Source of the DNA: Eledone cirrhosa
Lineage: Eukaryota
Length of the DNA stretch: 64,000 nt
Direction: 5' to 3'
Assembly (NCBI GenBank): GCA_964016885.1
Contig: OZ024765.1
Location: forward strand, 8,742,001-8,806,000
A program made the position numbers and the translations under genes. Position 1 is the first letter of the stretch; each line of letters starts with the position of its first letter. Positions 1 through 14,600 of the stretch are shown here, piece by piece. The notes under the pieces were generated by a model. That model had not been told where the DNA came from. It did not search any database and saw only the letters and a list, made by a program, of their open reading frames with translations.

Positions 1-2121
<2,121 letters not shown>

Positions 2122-2179
2122 TCATCATCATCATCATCATCATTTTACGTCCGCTTTTCCCTGCTTGCAAGGGTGGGAC

Positions 2180-2210
<31 letters not shown>

Positions 2211-2224
2211 TGTATATATATGTA

Positions 2225-2255
<31 letters not shown>

Positions 2256-2576
2256 CCATCCATTTATATATCTTCCCACAAACATGTCAATTGCTGTGTG
2301 TAGTTATATGGGTGAAATCAATCGTATATCTTAGAACCTGACTTGAACCAGTTGAAATACCAAAGGTTAGAACATGGTAAAAAGAATTTTATAATAAGGG
2401 AATGGCAAAATGAAAGAGGTCGGTCAATGCTTTTACATTGACATGTAAAGGGCCAGCGCTACCATGCAGGAAAACTAGGCAGCCACTAATTTCAGGGGAG
2501 CTTTTCTCCAAATCAACAAAAAATTTTGAAAAATAAGTATACACATGCACACACACATTATATATATACACACACT

Positions 2577-2638
<62 letters not shown>

Positions 2639-2934
2639 TATATATATAACGAAGGAAGTGTGGTAAGAAACCAGGTGGACCATAACGCACCAGAGTACTC
2701 AATACTTAGGGTACTAGAGTGGGTAATAGGAAAATGTATTTGATGGCTATTTCTGGACAGAAATAGCTGTCGAAACGGCTTGAGCTTTGCCGTCGGGGTC
2801 TTGAATATTTTCCTCTATATATATAGTAATAATAATAAATGCAAAGACTAAAATTCAAAGAGGGCTCAATAAGGATAAATATATATCAAATATATAAGAA
2901 CCCTACAGCAAATATTTATTAAAATAACAGATAA

Positions 2935-3313
2935 ACACGACCGTGACTTCTGGCGTCAGGCAGTAATACAGAAGACCCGACCCCCCCCCCCCATGGGTAC
3001 AAGCCGAAGCTGTAGCATATAGATAATATGCCCCCACACCCTCCCACTGCAAAGTGGTCGTGGAGGTGCCACGGCAAAAAAGCACCCAACCCACACTGTA
3101 AAGAGACGTGTAGGCGCCACGGAAAAAAAGCACCCAGCACTCACTGTAAATGAGGTTGGTGTTAGGAAGGGCATCCAGCTGTAGAAATCAAGCCAGAATC
3201 AGTTCCCGAATGAGCAAGACAAGGTCAGCCGACCGGACACTGCCCACAACAGCACAACCCGTCTAACCCATGCTAGCATGGAAGAACGGACGTAAAACGG
3301 TGATGATGATGAT
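2935..3313 (+). mobile_element. 3' end of RTE LINE family C with (TGA)n tail
   Basis: Near-identical to the 3' UTR of the RTE fragment at 59424-60014. Confidence 0.85.
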
Positions 3314-3960
3314 ATATATATTTATTAAAATAACAGATTAAAGGGTTAAGCAAAGAATCACTGCTTTCACCCTTAACAGGATCTTCTGAAACTAAAAAAA
3401 TCAATATCAATCTGTGAACGCAGAAGTAAATATTTCGAAAAACGCTGCAACCGAAGGAAATATTTGATATATATTTGTCCTTATCGAGCCCTCTTTGGAT
3501 TTTAGTCTTCACATTTATTATTATTACTATTTGGCTCCCTCGGTTGAGCACTCTATTGACTTATATTCATCATACAGAAACAACATCTGAATATTTCTAC
3601 AAAGAACATACTCGTAACAAGCAGGAAGATTTCTGTTTTCCTTCGGTTGCAACGTTTTACAAAATATTTATTTCTACATTCACTGATTGATTTTTTTCGT
3701 TTCAGAAGATCCCGTTAAGGGTGAAAGCAGCGATTCTTTGCTTAAACTTTAATCTGTTATTTTAATAAATATTTGCCCTAAGGTTCTTATATATATTTGT
3801 CTTTATCAAGCCCTCTTTGGATTTTAGTCTTCAAATTTTTATTATTACTATATATATATATATATATATAGTAATATATGGTATGTTTAATTAAAAACAT
3901 TTAGAAGACCATATGCTATCAGTTTTATGTCACTTCATTTCGGTGAAAGAAGGGAGAGAA

Positions 3961-4000
3961 GCTGACTGTCTGTTTCACGCTGGTTGGTGTTCATCAGAGC
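3961..4000 (-). ncRNA. Minimal type-I hammerhead ribozyme motif (family B)
   Basis: Minus strand reads GCT CTGATGA ACAC caacca GCGT GAAA CAGACAG TC AGC; lies in a ~297-bp direct-repeat unit (3881/4178). Confidence 0.7.
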
Positions 4001-4243
4001 CACGTACTCCCCTGCTTCCGCCGAAAATTATAGAAGCTGGATTCTTATAGAATTCCAGTAATAATCAGGAGCTGATTATACAGAGTGATTGCCGGTCCAG
4101 CAAAAATTAGGTATTAGGATTGGTGCTCTGAAATAGCGATGTATACATGACATGTATGTATAGTATGGCAATATACCGTATGTTTAATTGAAAACATTTA
4201 GAAGACCATACGCTATCAGTTTCAAAGTAGTGACTATGTCACA

Positions 4244-4585
4244 ATAATAATTGTTTCTACTTTATTTTATCGACCCCCGTAAGGATGAAGGGCAAAGTTA
4301 ACCTCGGCGGGATTTGAACTCAGAATGGCAAGGGCCGTAACTCTATGCGTCAATGCATGGCGTCTGACCCTCTACCGATACTGCTAATTCACTGCGAAGA
4401 CAATAATAATAATAATTGTTTCTACTTTTGGCACAAGGCCAGCAATTACCCCAGTGTATTACTGGTACTTTATTTTATCGACCCCGTAAGGATGAAAGGT
4501 AAAGTTAACCTCGGCGGGATTTGAACTCAGAACATAAAGGGCCGTAACTCTATGTTGCAAAGCATGGTGTCCGACGCTCTACCAA
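4244..4585 (-). mobile_element. Two tandem copies of tRNA-derived SINE family 1
   Basis: A-box-like TGGCAGTATCGGTAGAG (family consensus), B-box GAGTTCAAATCC, central GCCTTTCATCCTTACGGGGTCGATAAAATAAAGTACCAG, (TTA)n tail. Confidence 0.85.
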
Positions 4586-4652
4586 ATAATAATGATAACG
4601 ATGTCAGTTATTATATTATATTTTATTTTCTGAACATAAATATATCATGGCA

Positions 4653-4701
<49 letters not shown>

Positions 4702-4910
4702 CAGAAACAGTCCATCACATTTCCATATCTGTCTGACTTCCTGTCTGAGTGTACAGGTCTCTATATCTGTCTGTCCATTTGTCAGTCTGGTTTAAGGGCT
4801 TCAATGCAACCCCATCACATGGTCTTTATTACGGAGTGTGTGTGCCACATCTGGTGTGTTAACAGATACCAGATGTGACACCAGATGTCCCAGTTTTCAC
4901 TTCATTTGTG

Positions 4911-4936
4911 TCACCTGTCTTCATCATTCTCTTCAG
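4911..4936 (-). CDS. BLOC1S1: BLOC1S1 putative terminal exon (T)EENDEDR*
   Basis: tttttttctggcag acceptor, phase 1 matches exon 4 donor A|GTAGGT; unique 3' UTR with AATAAA at 4825-4830 (minus); peptide not conserved, so less certain. Confidence 0.7.
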
Positions 4937-5638
4937 CTGCCAGAAAAAAATAAGAGATCAATAAATTAGAAAAAAATCAATAAATTATTTTTAAAATCAA
5001 TAAATTAAAAAGGGATCAATAAATTAGAAATTATAGGAAAAAGTAGAAAAGGCATTTGGGGTCTTTAAGAATTGTTAATAACTTTACCATTTCGATGATT
5101 TTCAAATGTATATATATAACAGGGATGAAGGGTCCGTGCATGCTTTATAGAATCTTGAGTTGATCAATTACGTCGGTTGAAGCAAGCCGAATTTTGGCTG
5201 CTTACTAAATCGTAGACACATAAAAAGATAACACACGCACACACACACACACACACACACTCATACACACAAACACACGACAGCTTTGGGGCAAGCAGAA
5301 TTGTGACTGCTTACTAAATCGTAGACACATAAAAAGATAACATGCGCACAGACACACACTAGATAACACTACATGCGGCTTTGACCGGGAGGGTCATTTA
5401 GAGGAAATTAGGGGGCGGGGGCAAGGCTGCACAGCCCCACTTTCCGCTATGGCGACTGAACTGCATGCTCTATTTTCCAGGTTACCCCTCGCCACTTTAT
5501 ATATATATATATATAGTTATCAACAATTATAATTGAGTGGCTGTTATTTGCAGTATAGCAATATAAGGTTGCACTTACCAATGAAACGGTCGTAAATACC
5601 TGGATAAAATCCTTCTCTTAATGCTTACCTGTGTTTTC

Positions 5639-5686
<48 letters not shown>

Positions 5687-8600
5687 TATTTAAAAAATAA
5701 TGAATAAACAAAGAAACAATTCCTTATATTAAAAAAAATTCATCATTTTTTTAATATAAGGAATTGTTTCTTTGTTTATTCATTATTTTTTTAATAATTT
5801 ATCTTGACTCTGTTTTCCGTTTATTTTTCACCGAAAGTAGTTTTTGAATGCATCTTCTCTTTTCATGATATCCGGATTACATTGAGTTCTTCATACGGAT
5901 TGGACACTACCGTAAACTTTTGGTAGATTTATCTACATATATATATTATATATACGCACACACACTTATGTCTAAAAGACACGGCAAAAAGCACCCAGTC
6001 CACACTGTAAATGTGGTTGGTGTTAGGAAGGGCATCCAGCCAGATACAATCCTATACGAGCGAGATATGGTCACCCACTCAATCTTGCCTCTAAATGGGA
6101 CTCGTCTAACCCATGCTAGCGTGGAAGTTAGATGTTAATCAATGATGATGCCCACAACATCCAGGCCAAAACAAATGAGATCGTGTAGGTGTCACGACAA
6201 AAAACACACAGTCCACACTGTAAATGTGGCCGTGTAGGCAACACGGTAAAAACCTCCCAGCCCCACACTGTAAATGTGGTTGGTGTTAGGAAGGGCATCC
6301 AGCTGTAGAAAACCCGCCAGACAGTCGACGCTGTAATGTGGCCGTGTAGGCAACACGGTAAAAACCTCCCAGCCCCACACTGTAAATGTGGTTAGTGTTA
6401 GGAAGGGCATCCAGCTGTAGAAAACCCGCCAGACAGTCCACGCTGTAATGTGGCCGTGTAGGCAACACGGTAAAAACCTCCCAGCCCCACACTGTAAATG
6501 TGGTTGGTGTTAGGAAGGGCATCCAGCTGTAGAAAACCCGCCAGACAGTCCACGCTGTAAATGTGGCCGTGTAGGCAACACGGTAAAAACCTCCCAGCCC
6601 CACACTGTAAATGTGGTTGGTGTTAGGAAGGGCATCCAGCTGTAGAAAACCCGCCAGACAGTCCACGCTGTAATGTGGCCGTGTAGGCAACACGGTAAAA
6701 ACCTCCCAGCCCCACACTGTAAATGTGGTTGGTGTTAGGAAGGGCATCCAGCTGTAGAAAACCCGCCAGACAGTCCACGCTGTAAATGTGGCCGTGTAGG
6801 CAACACGGTAAAAACCTCCCAGCCCCACACTGTAAATGTGGTTGGTGTTAGGAAGGGCATTCAGCTGTAGAAAACCCGCCAGATAGTCCACGCTGTAATG
6901 TGGCCGTGTAGGCAACACGGTAAAAACCTCCCAGCCCCACACTGTAAATGTGGTTGGTGTTAGGAAGGGCATCCAGCTGTAGAAAACCCGCCAGACAGTC
7001 CACGCTGTAATGTGGCCGTGTAGGCAACACGGTAAAAACCTCCCAGCCCCACACTGTAAATGTGGTTGGTGTTAGGAAGGGCATCCAACTGTAGAAAACC
7101 CGCCAGACAGTCCTATGCGAGCAAGACAACCACTCTTGCCTCAAGTGGGAAAACCCCCGTCCAAACCCATGCAAGCGTGGAACACGGACGCTAAACCTGA
7201 TGATGATGATGATGATATATATATATACTATATAATATTTTGAGAATAAGCTCTCAGTCCTTTACAATAATTAAGCTCCAGGAAAGGGGCATTTCCGAGC
7301 AGTTAAATACATTAAAATATATGATAAACACAAAACGTGTTTGCATTGCAACAGACAGTCAGCTATTAATGAAATAAACTAATTAAAGTGAATACAATTT
7401 GTCTGTCTCGATATATGTCAATAAAGACAAGCTTATATTGGCAACTGCCATGATTCCTGGACAGATTTAAATTTCAAAATCCAAACCTGTTCTGTAGACG
7501 AATTTGAACCTCGAAACCCAAATCCGTTTCGCAATGGTGGAATGTGAATTTAAAAATAAAGAGAATCGAAATGGAATTGAAATAAAAAGTGAAATATCCA
7601 AATCTTCTGTGCTTATCAACAGGAACCCAGTAGAAATATATATATATATATATCGTGAGGGATAGGGAGAGAATGAGGTAAGGTAAGCTTACAAGGTGTT
7701 ATAACTGTGGTGGTGGCGGAGGTGATTCAGGTGTTCAGGTGTTAATGAATGAGTTTGGAATCAGGAAGGATGGTGTTGGTGTCTTGGGGTGTGTCCATCA
7801 GGGCTGCATTCCCTAGACAGGAATAAAGAGGGAGAGAGAGAGTGAGCGAGGATGTGTGCAGAGTGTTTGAGAGAGGGAGTTGAGCATGAGTGAGAGAGGT
7901 GGTAAGAGGCAAATGAAAGTGTTGTGCGTGAAGTTTATCATCATCAGCAGCAGCAGCAGCACTGCAACCACCACAGAAATATGGTAATTGTTTCTACGTT
8001 TGGCACAAGGCCAGCAATTATCCCAGTGTATTACTGGTGTTTTATTTTATCGACCCCGTAAGGATGAAAGGCAAAGTTAACCCCAGCGGGATTTGAACTT
8101 AGACCATAAAGGGATGTAACTCTTTGCTGCAAAGCATGGCGTCCGACCCTCTACCGATACTGCCAATCCACCGCCCTCCACCACAGAAATATGGTAATGA
8201 AATGGTTAATGACATAGACAGTGTCTTTCATTAGAAATATGGTAATGAAAGGGTTAATGACATAGGCAGTGTCTTTCATTAGAAATATGGTAATGAAAGG
8301 GTTAATGACATAGACAGTGTCTTTCATTAGAAATATGGTAATGAAAGGGTTAAAGACATAGACAGTGTCTTTCATTAGAAATATGGTAATGAAAGGGTTA
8401 ATAACATAGACAGTGTCTTTCATTAGACATATGGTAATGAAAGAGTTAATGACATAGGCAGTGTCTTTCATTAGAAATATGGTAATGAAAGGGTTAAAGA
8501 CATAGACAGTGTCTTTCATTAGATATATGGTAATGAAAGGGTTAAAGACATAGACAGTGCCTTTCATTAGAAATATGGTAATGAAAGGGTTAATGACATA

Positions 8601-11600
8601 GACAGTGTCATTCATTAGAAATATGGTAATGAAAGGGTTAATGACATAGACAGTGTCTTTCATTAGAAATATGGTAATGAAAGGGTTAAAGACATAGGCA
8701 GTGTCTTTCATTAGAAATATGGTAATGAAAGGATTAATGACATAGACAGTGTCTTTCATTAGAAATATAGTAATGGAAGGGTTAAAGACATAGACAGTGT
8801 CTTTCATTAGAAATATAGTAATGGAAGGGTTAATGACATAGACAGTATCTTTCATTAGAAATATAGTAATGAAAGGGTTAAAGACATAGACAGTGTCTTT
8901 CATTAGAAATATAGTAATGGAAGGGTTAATGACATAGACAGTGTCTTTCATTAGAAATATAGTAATGAAAGGGTTAATGACATAGACGGTGTCTTTCATT
9001 AGAAATATGGTAATGAAAGGGTTAATGACATAGACAGTGTCTTTCATTAGAAATATGGTAATGGAAGGGTTAAAGACATAGGCAGTGTCTTTCATTAGAA
9101 ATATAGTAATGGAAGGGTTAATGACATAGACGGTGTCTTTCATTAGAAATATGGTAATGAAAGGGTTAATGACATAGACAGTGTCTTTCATTAGAAATAT
9201 GGTAATGAAAGGGTTAATGACATAGAAAGTGTCTTTCATTAGAAATATGGTAATGGAAGGGTTAAAGACATAGGCAGTGTCTTTCATTAGAAATATGGTA
9301 ATGAAAGGGTTAATGACATAGACAGTGTCTTTCATTAGAAATATGGTAATGAAAGGGTTAATGACATAGACAGTGTCTTTCATTAGAAATATGGTAATGA
9401 AAGGGTTAATGACATAGACAGTGTCTTTCATTAGAAATATGGTAATGGAAGGGTTAAAGACATAGGCAGTGTCTTTCATTAGAAATATAGTAATGGAAGG
9501 GTTAATGACATAGACGGTGTCTTTCATTAGAAATATGGTAATGAAAGGATTAATGACATAGACAGTGTCTTTCATTAGAAATATAGTAATGGAAGGGTTA
9601 AAGACATAGACAGTGTCTTTCATTAGAAATATAGTAATGGAAGGGTTAATGACATAGACAGTATCTTTCATTAGAAATATAGTAATGAAAGGGTTAAAGA
9701 CATAGACAGTGTCTTTCATTAGAAATATAGTAATGGAAGGGTTAATGACATAGACAGTGTCTTTCATTAGAAATATAGTAATGAAAGGGTTAATGACATA
9801 GACGGTGTCTTTCATTAGAAATATGGTAATGAAAGGGTTAATGACATAGACAGTGTCTTTCATTAGAAATATGGTAATGGAAGGGTTAAAGACATAGGCA
9901 GTGTCTTTCATTAGAAATATAGTAATGGAAGGGTTAATGACATAGACGGTATCTTTCATTAGAAATATGGTAATGAAAGGGTTAATGACATAGACAGTGT
10001 CTTTCATTAGAAATATGGTAATGAAAGGGTTAATGACATAGAAAGTGTCTTTCATTAGAAATATGGTAATGGAAGGGTTAAAGACATAGGCAGTGTCTTT
10101 CATTAGAAATATGGTAATGAAAGGGTTAATGACATAGACAGTGTCTTTCATTAGAAATATGGTAATGAAAGGGTTAATGACATAGACAGTGTCTTTCATT
10201 AGAAATATGGTAATGGAAGGGTTAATGACATAGGCAGTGTCTTTCATTAGACATATGGTAATGAAAGAGTTAATGACATAGACAGTGTCTTTCATTAGAA
10301 ATATGGTAATGGAAGGGTTAATGACATAAGCAGTATCTTTCATTAGAAATATGGTAATGAAAGAGTTAATGACATAGACAGTGTCTTTCATTAGAAATAT
10401 GGTAATGAAAGGGTTAATGACATAGACAGTGTCTTTCATTAGAAATATGGTAATGAAAGGGTTAATGACATAAGCAGTGTCTTTCATTAGAAATATGGTA
10501 ATGGAAGGGTTAATGACATAGACAGTGTCTTTCATTAGAAATATGGTAATGAAAGGGTTAATGACATAGACAGTGTCTTTCATTAGAAATATAGTAATGG
10601 AAGGGTTAATGACATAGACAGTGTCTTTCATTAGAAATATGGTAATGAAAGGGTTAATGACATAGACAGTGTCTTTCATTAGAAATATAGTAATGGAAGG
10701 GTTAATGACATAGACAGTGTCTTTCATTAGAAATATGGTAATGAAAGGGTTAATGACATAGACAGTGTCTTTCATTAGAAATATAGTAATGAAAGGGTTA
10801 ATGACATAGTCAGTGTCTTTCATTAGAAATATGGTAATGAAAGGGTTAATGACATAGACAGTGTCTTTCATTAGAAATATGGTAATGAAAGGGTTAATGA
10901 CATAGACAGTGTCTTTCATTAGAAATATGGTAATGAAAGGGTTAATGACATAGACAGTGTCTTTCATTAGAAATATGGTAATGAAAGGGTTAATGACATA
11001 GAAAGGTTTAATGATAGTGGACACCTTCAATTTAAGATTATCGTTAATAGCAAAGTGGTACCTACTTTTACGGTAAGCATATTCTAAGGCGCTGGATATT
11101 GTCCTCATGTCACCTTCAATATTTCTCGCCCAGTTCTCAACATCACCAATTTCCTGGAAGAGAAAGGAAATTGTCATTGGATCAGATACTACTCTCCTTA
11201 GAACCACACTACACTACACCACACTACACCATACCACACTATACTACACCACACTACACTACACTACACTATACTACACCACACGAGACCAAACTACACC
11301 ACACTACACTACACTACACTACACTATACTACACCACACGAGACCAAACTACACCACACTACACTATACTATACTACACCACACGAGACCAAACTACACT
11401 ACACTACACTATACTACACCACACTAGACCAAACTACACCACACCACACTACACTACACCACACTACACTATACTACACGAGACCAAACTACACCACACT
11501 ACACTACACTATACTACACCACACAAGACCAAACTACACCACACTACACTACACTACACTATACTACACCACAAATTTCCTGGAAGAGAAAGGAAATTGT

Positions 11601-14600
11601 CATTGGATCAGATACTCCTCTCCTTAGAACCACACCACATCACACTACACCATACCACACTACACTACACCACACTACACTATACTACACCATACCACAC
11701 TACACTACACCACACTACACTATACTACACCACACTAGACCAAACTACACCACACCACACTACACTATACTACACCACACCACACTACACTACACTACAC
11801 TATACTACACCATACCACACTACATTATACTACACCACAAATTTCAAGGCATATTATGCACATAAAAAAAATTCATTTTCTTAATTCCCTAGGGCCCGCA
11901 TTAGGTGAAAACCTGCATTTTTCCTGCTTCATTGAGGAAAATCTTAAAGATTATCCAGTCATCAGAGTATTCGGTTTATTTTCTTTAAATATTGTCCAGG
12001 CATGCAGTTTTTCCATGATTAGGTCTGTTGGCGGCCCGCGTTCCAAAATACCTTATCCCGTGCAACGCCGGGTACCACTGCTAGTAAAATATATTTTAAC
12101 CGAATATTATTTTTGCTTTATTGTTAATAAATCAAGTACCGGTAATGTACTGGGGTTGATTTAATTGACTATCTCCTCCCCCAAAAATTACTGGCCTTGT
12201 GCCTATACTAGAAATCATTATTAATAAATCACAAAAATTGCAAATGTCCAAATTTTTCTGCACACCCAAAAATTTTCTCTCAGACCACCAGTGGGTGACC
12301 ACTGCACCACACCACACCACACCACACCACTCAGTTCCTGAGAACTTCTTCCATTCTCACCTCACCCTACACTATGTAAGATATTGTTACCTTCAAAGCT
12401 GTATTAAAGTCCTCAACTAACTTCAACCACTGCATGGTCATTTTGGCAAAGTGGGCAGCATTGGCCTGCAAGATCTTCGTTTCTGTGTCAAGTTTTTTCT
12501 GGTTCACGTAGGACTGGGCCACTCTGGGGAAGTGAACAAAAAAAAAACTAATAATTAATTGCATCCTAGTCAGAAATAGAGAGAAAAATGTCTGTGAGAA
12601 ACCCCTGGAGGTTCATCAGGTGGGTTCTTATCGTAGGTTACTGTTGTGTGAAGTGACTGAGAGGACAGGACTCTCTCCTGGACAGGAGATCAGTCCATCT
12701 CAGGGCTAAAGTCTGTCTTGAACTCAGAGAGGATCATCAGGTCGGTCCTTATCCTAAGTTACTGTTGTGTGAAGGGACCGAGAGGACAGGACACCATTCC
12801 ATCACAGGGCACATCAGGCCAGTACTTATCCTGGTTTTCTTGGCATTAAGAAACTGAAAGTACAAGATCAGCCCCTGAACAAGATCCCAGTCCATAAAAG
12901 GGTTAAACTCCCATCTATTGCTGCTGGTACTTATTTTCAGCTGAGTATACTGGAGTAATGTGTTGTGTGGCGGTGAGAAGACTGTGCTGGTATGGACGTG
13001 TGATGTGTATGGATGGTGATTGTTAAGAGAAAAACTGGGTATAAGAGGAATCAGATGTAGTGTGTAGGTGAGGAGACTATATCAAACAGACTTTTGATAA
13101 CATAAACTGTAATCTCTCTCTTTTAATAACAATAATAATGAAACTATTGTGTAAAGTGCTCAGGTGCACTACAAGTCATCAAAGGTGCATGTATAGTACA
13201 TAGAATAATGTACAAATGTCAGGAAAGTGCACTATGTATGAGTCATGAAATATGTGGGTGTGTATGGAGGGGGGGATATCAGGAAGCATGGTGGTTTTAA
13301 AGGATGCAGTGTCTCGACAGTAAACAACTGATGCAAGTAGTTTGTTCCATGAAGGTTTAAAATACTTAACATTTAAATGTAGCTTCCCCATCATTTAACC
13401 TTTTCTTTACTATATTTCTAATGAAAGACATTGCCTATGATATTCAAAGAAGAAGAAAGAATTTGGTTATTTTGGAGGTTTTAATTCTTCACGTGCGAAT
13501 TTGGATTTTCTCAGCCAAGGGGAAAATACTCTGTATATTAAATGTTTAAAAATATGAAAGGAGCTTTCATTTTTAATTTATAGGTCTTTTGTGGTTATCT
13601 CTTTAAGAAGAGAGCATCTGTGATGCCCATCCCTAACTCTGAACGCCTTGCTTTCCTGGGCATGGATACACTAAAGATGCCACGTCTCGCAGCTGACTTG
13701 GTAGACATCCACAAAATTATTAACATCCAGTATCACAAAAAGCACCCAGTCCACACTGTAAAGTGGTCATGTAAGTGTCACAACAAAAAGGACCCAGCCC
13801 ACCCTGTAACGGGGTCATGTAGGTGTCACAACAAAAAGGACCCAGCCCACCCTGTAAAGTGGTCATGTAGATGTCACAACAAAAAGCACCCAGCCCACCC
13901 TGTAAAGTGGTCGTGTAGGTGTCACAGCAAAAAGCACCCAGCCCACACTGTAAATGTGGTTGACGTTAGGAAGGGCATTCAACTGTAGAAAACCTGCCAG
14001 AAACAGTCCTATATGAGCGAGACAAAGTCATCTGACCCAACTTGCCTTAAATGGGACAAACCCGTCTAACCCATGCTAGCGTGGAAGATAGACGTTAAAC
14101 GATGACGATCTTTCCAACGACAACCCTGAGCACCTTTTTGAGTTCCATGTGTCTAACACCTGTGGACATGCCTACAAAGTCAGAAAACAGCACAGCTCCC
14201 ATGACTTTCGAAAACATTTAAACTCAGAGTTGCTGAAGCATGGAACAAATTCCCTGCTTCAGTTGTTAGCTGTTGAGACACTACATCCTTTAAAACCTCC
14301 ATGGAACAAACTACCTGCATCAGTTGCTAGCTGTCGAGACACTACATCCTTTAAAACCTCCATGGAACAAACTCCCTGCATCAGTTGTTAGCTGTCAAGA
14401 CACTGCATCTTTTAAACCCTCCATGGAACAAACTACCTGCATCAGTTGTTAGCTGTCGAGACACTGCATCCTTTAAAACCTCCATGGAACAAACTCCCTG
14501 CATCAGTTGTTAGCTGTCGAGACACTGCATCCTTTAAAACCTTCATGGAACAAACTACCTGCATCAGTTGTTAGCTGTCGAGACACTGCATCCTTTAAAA

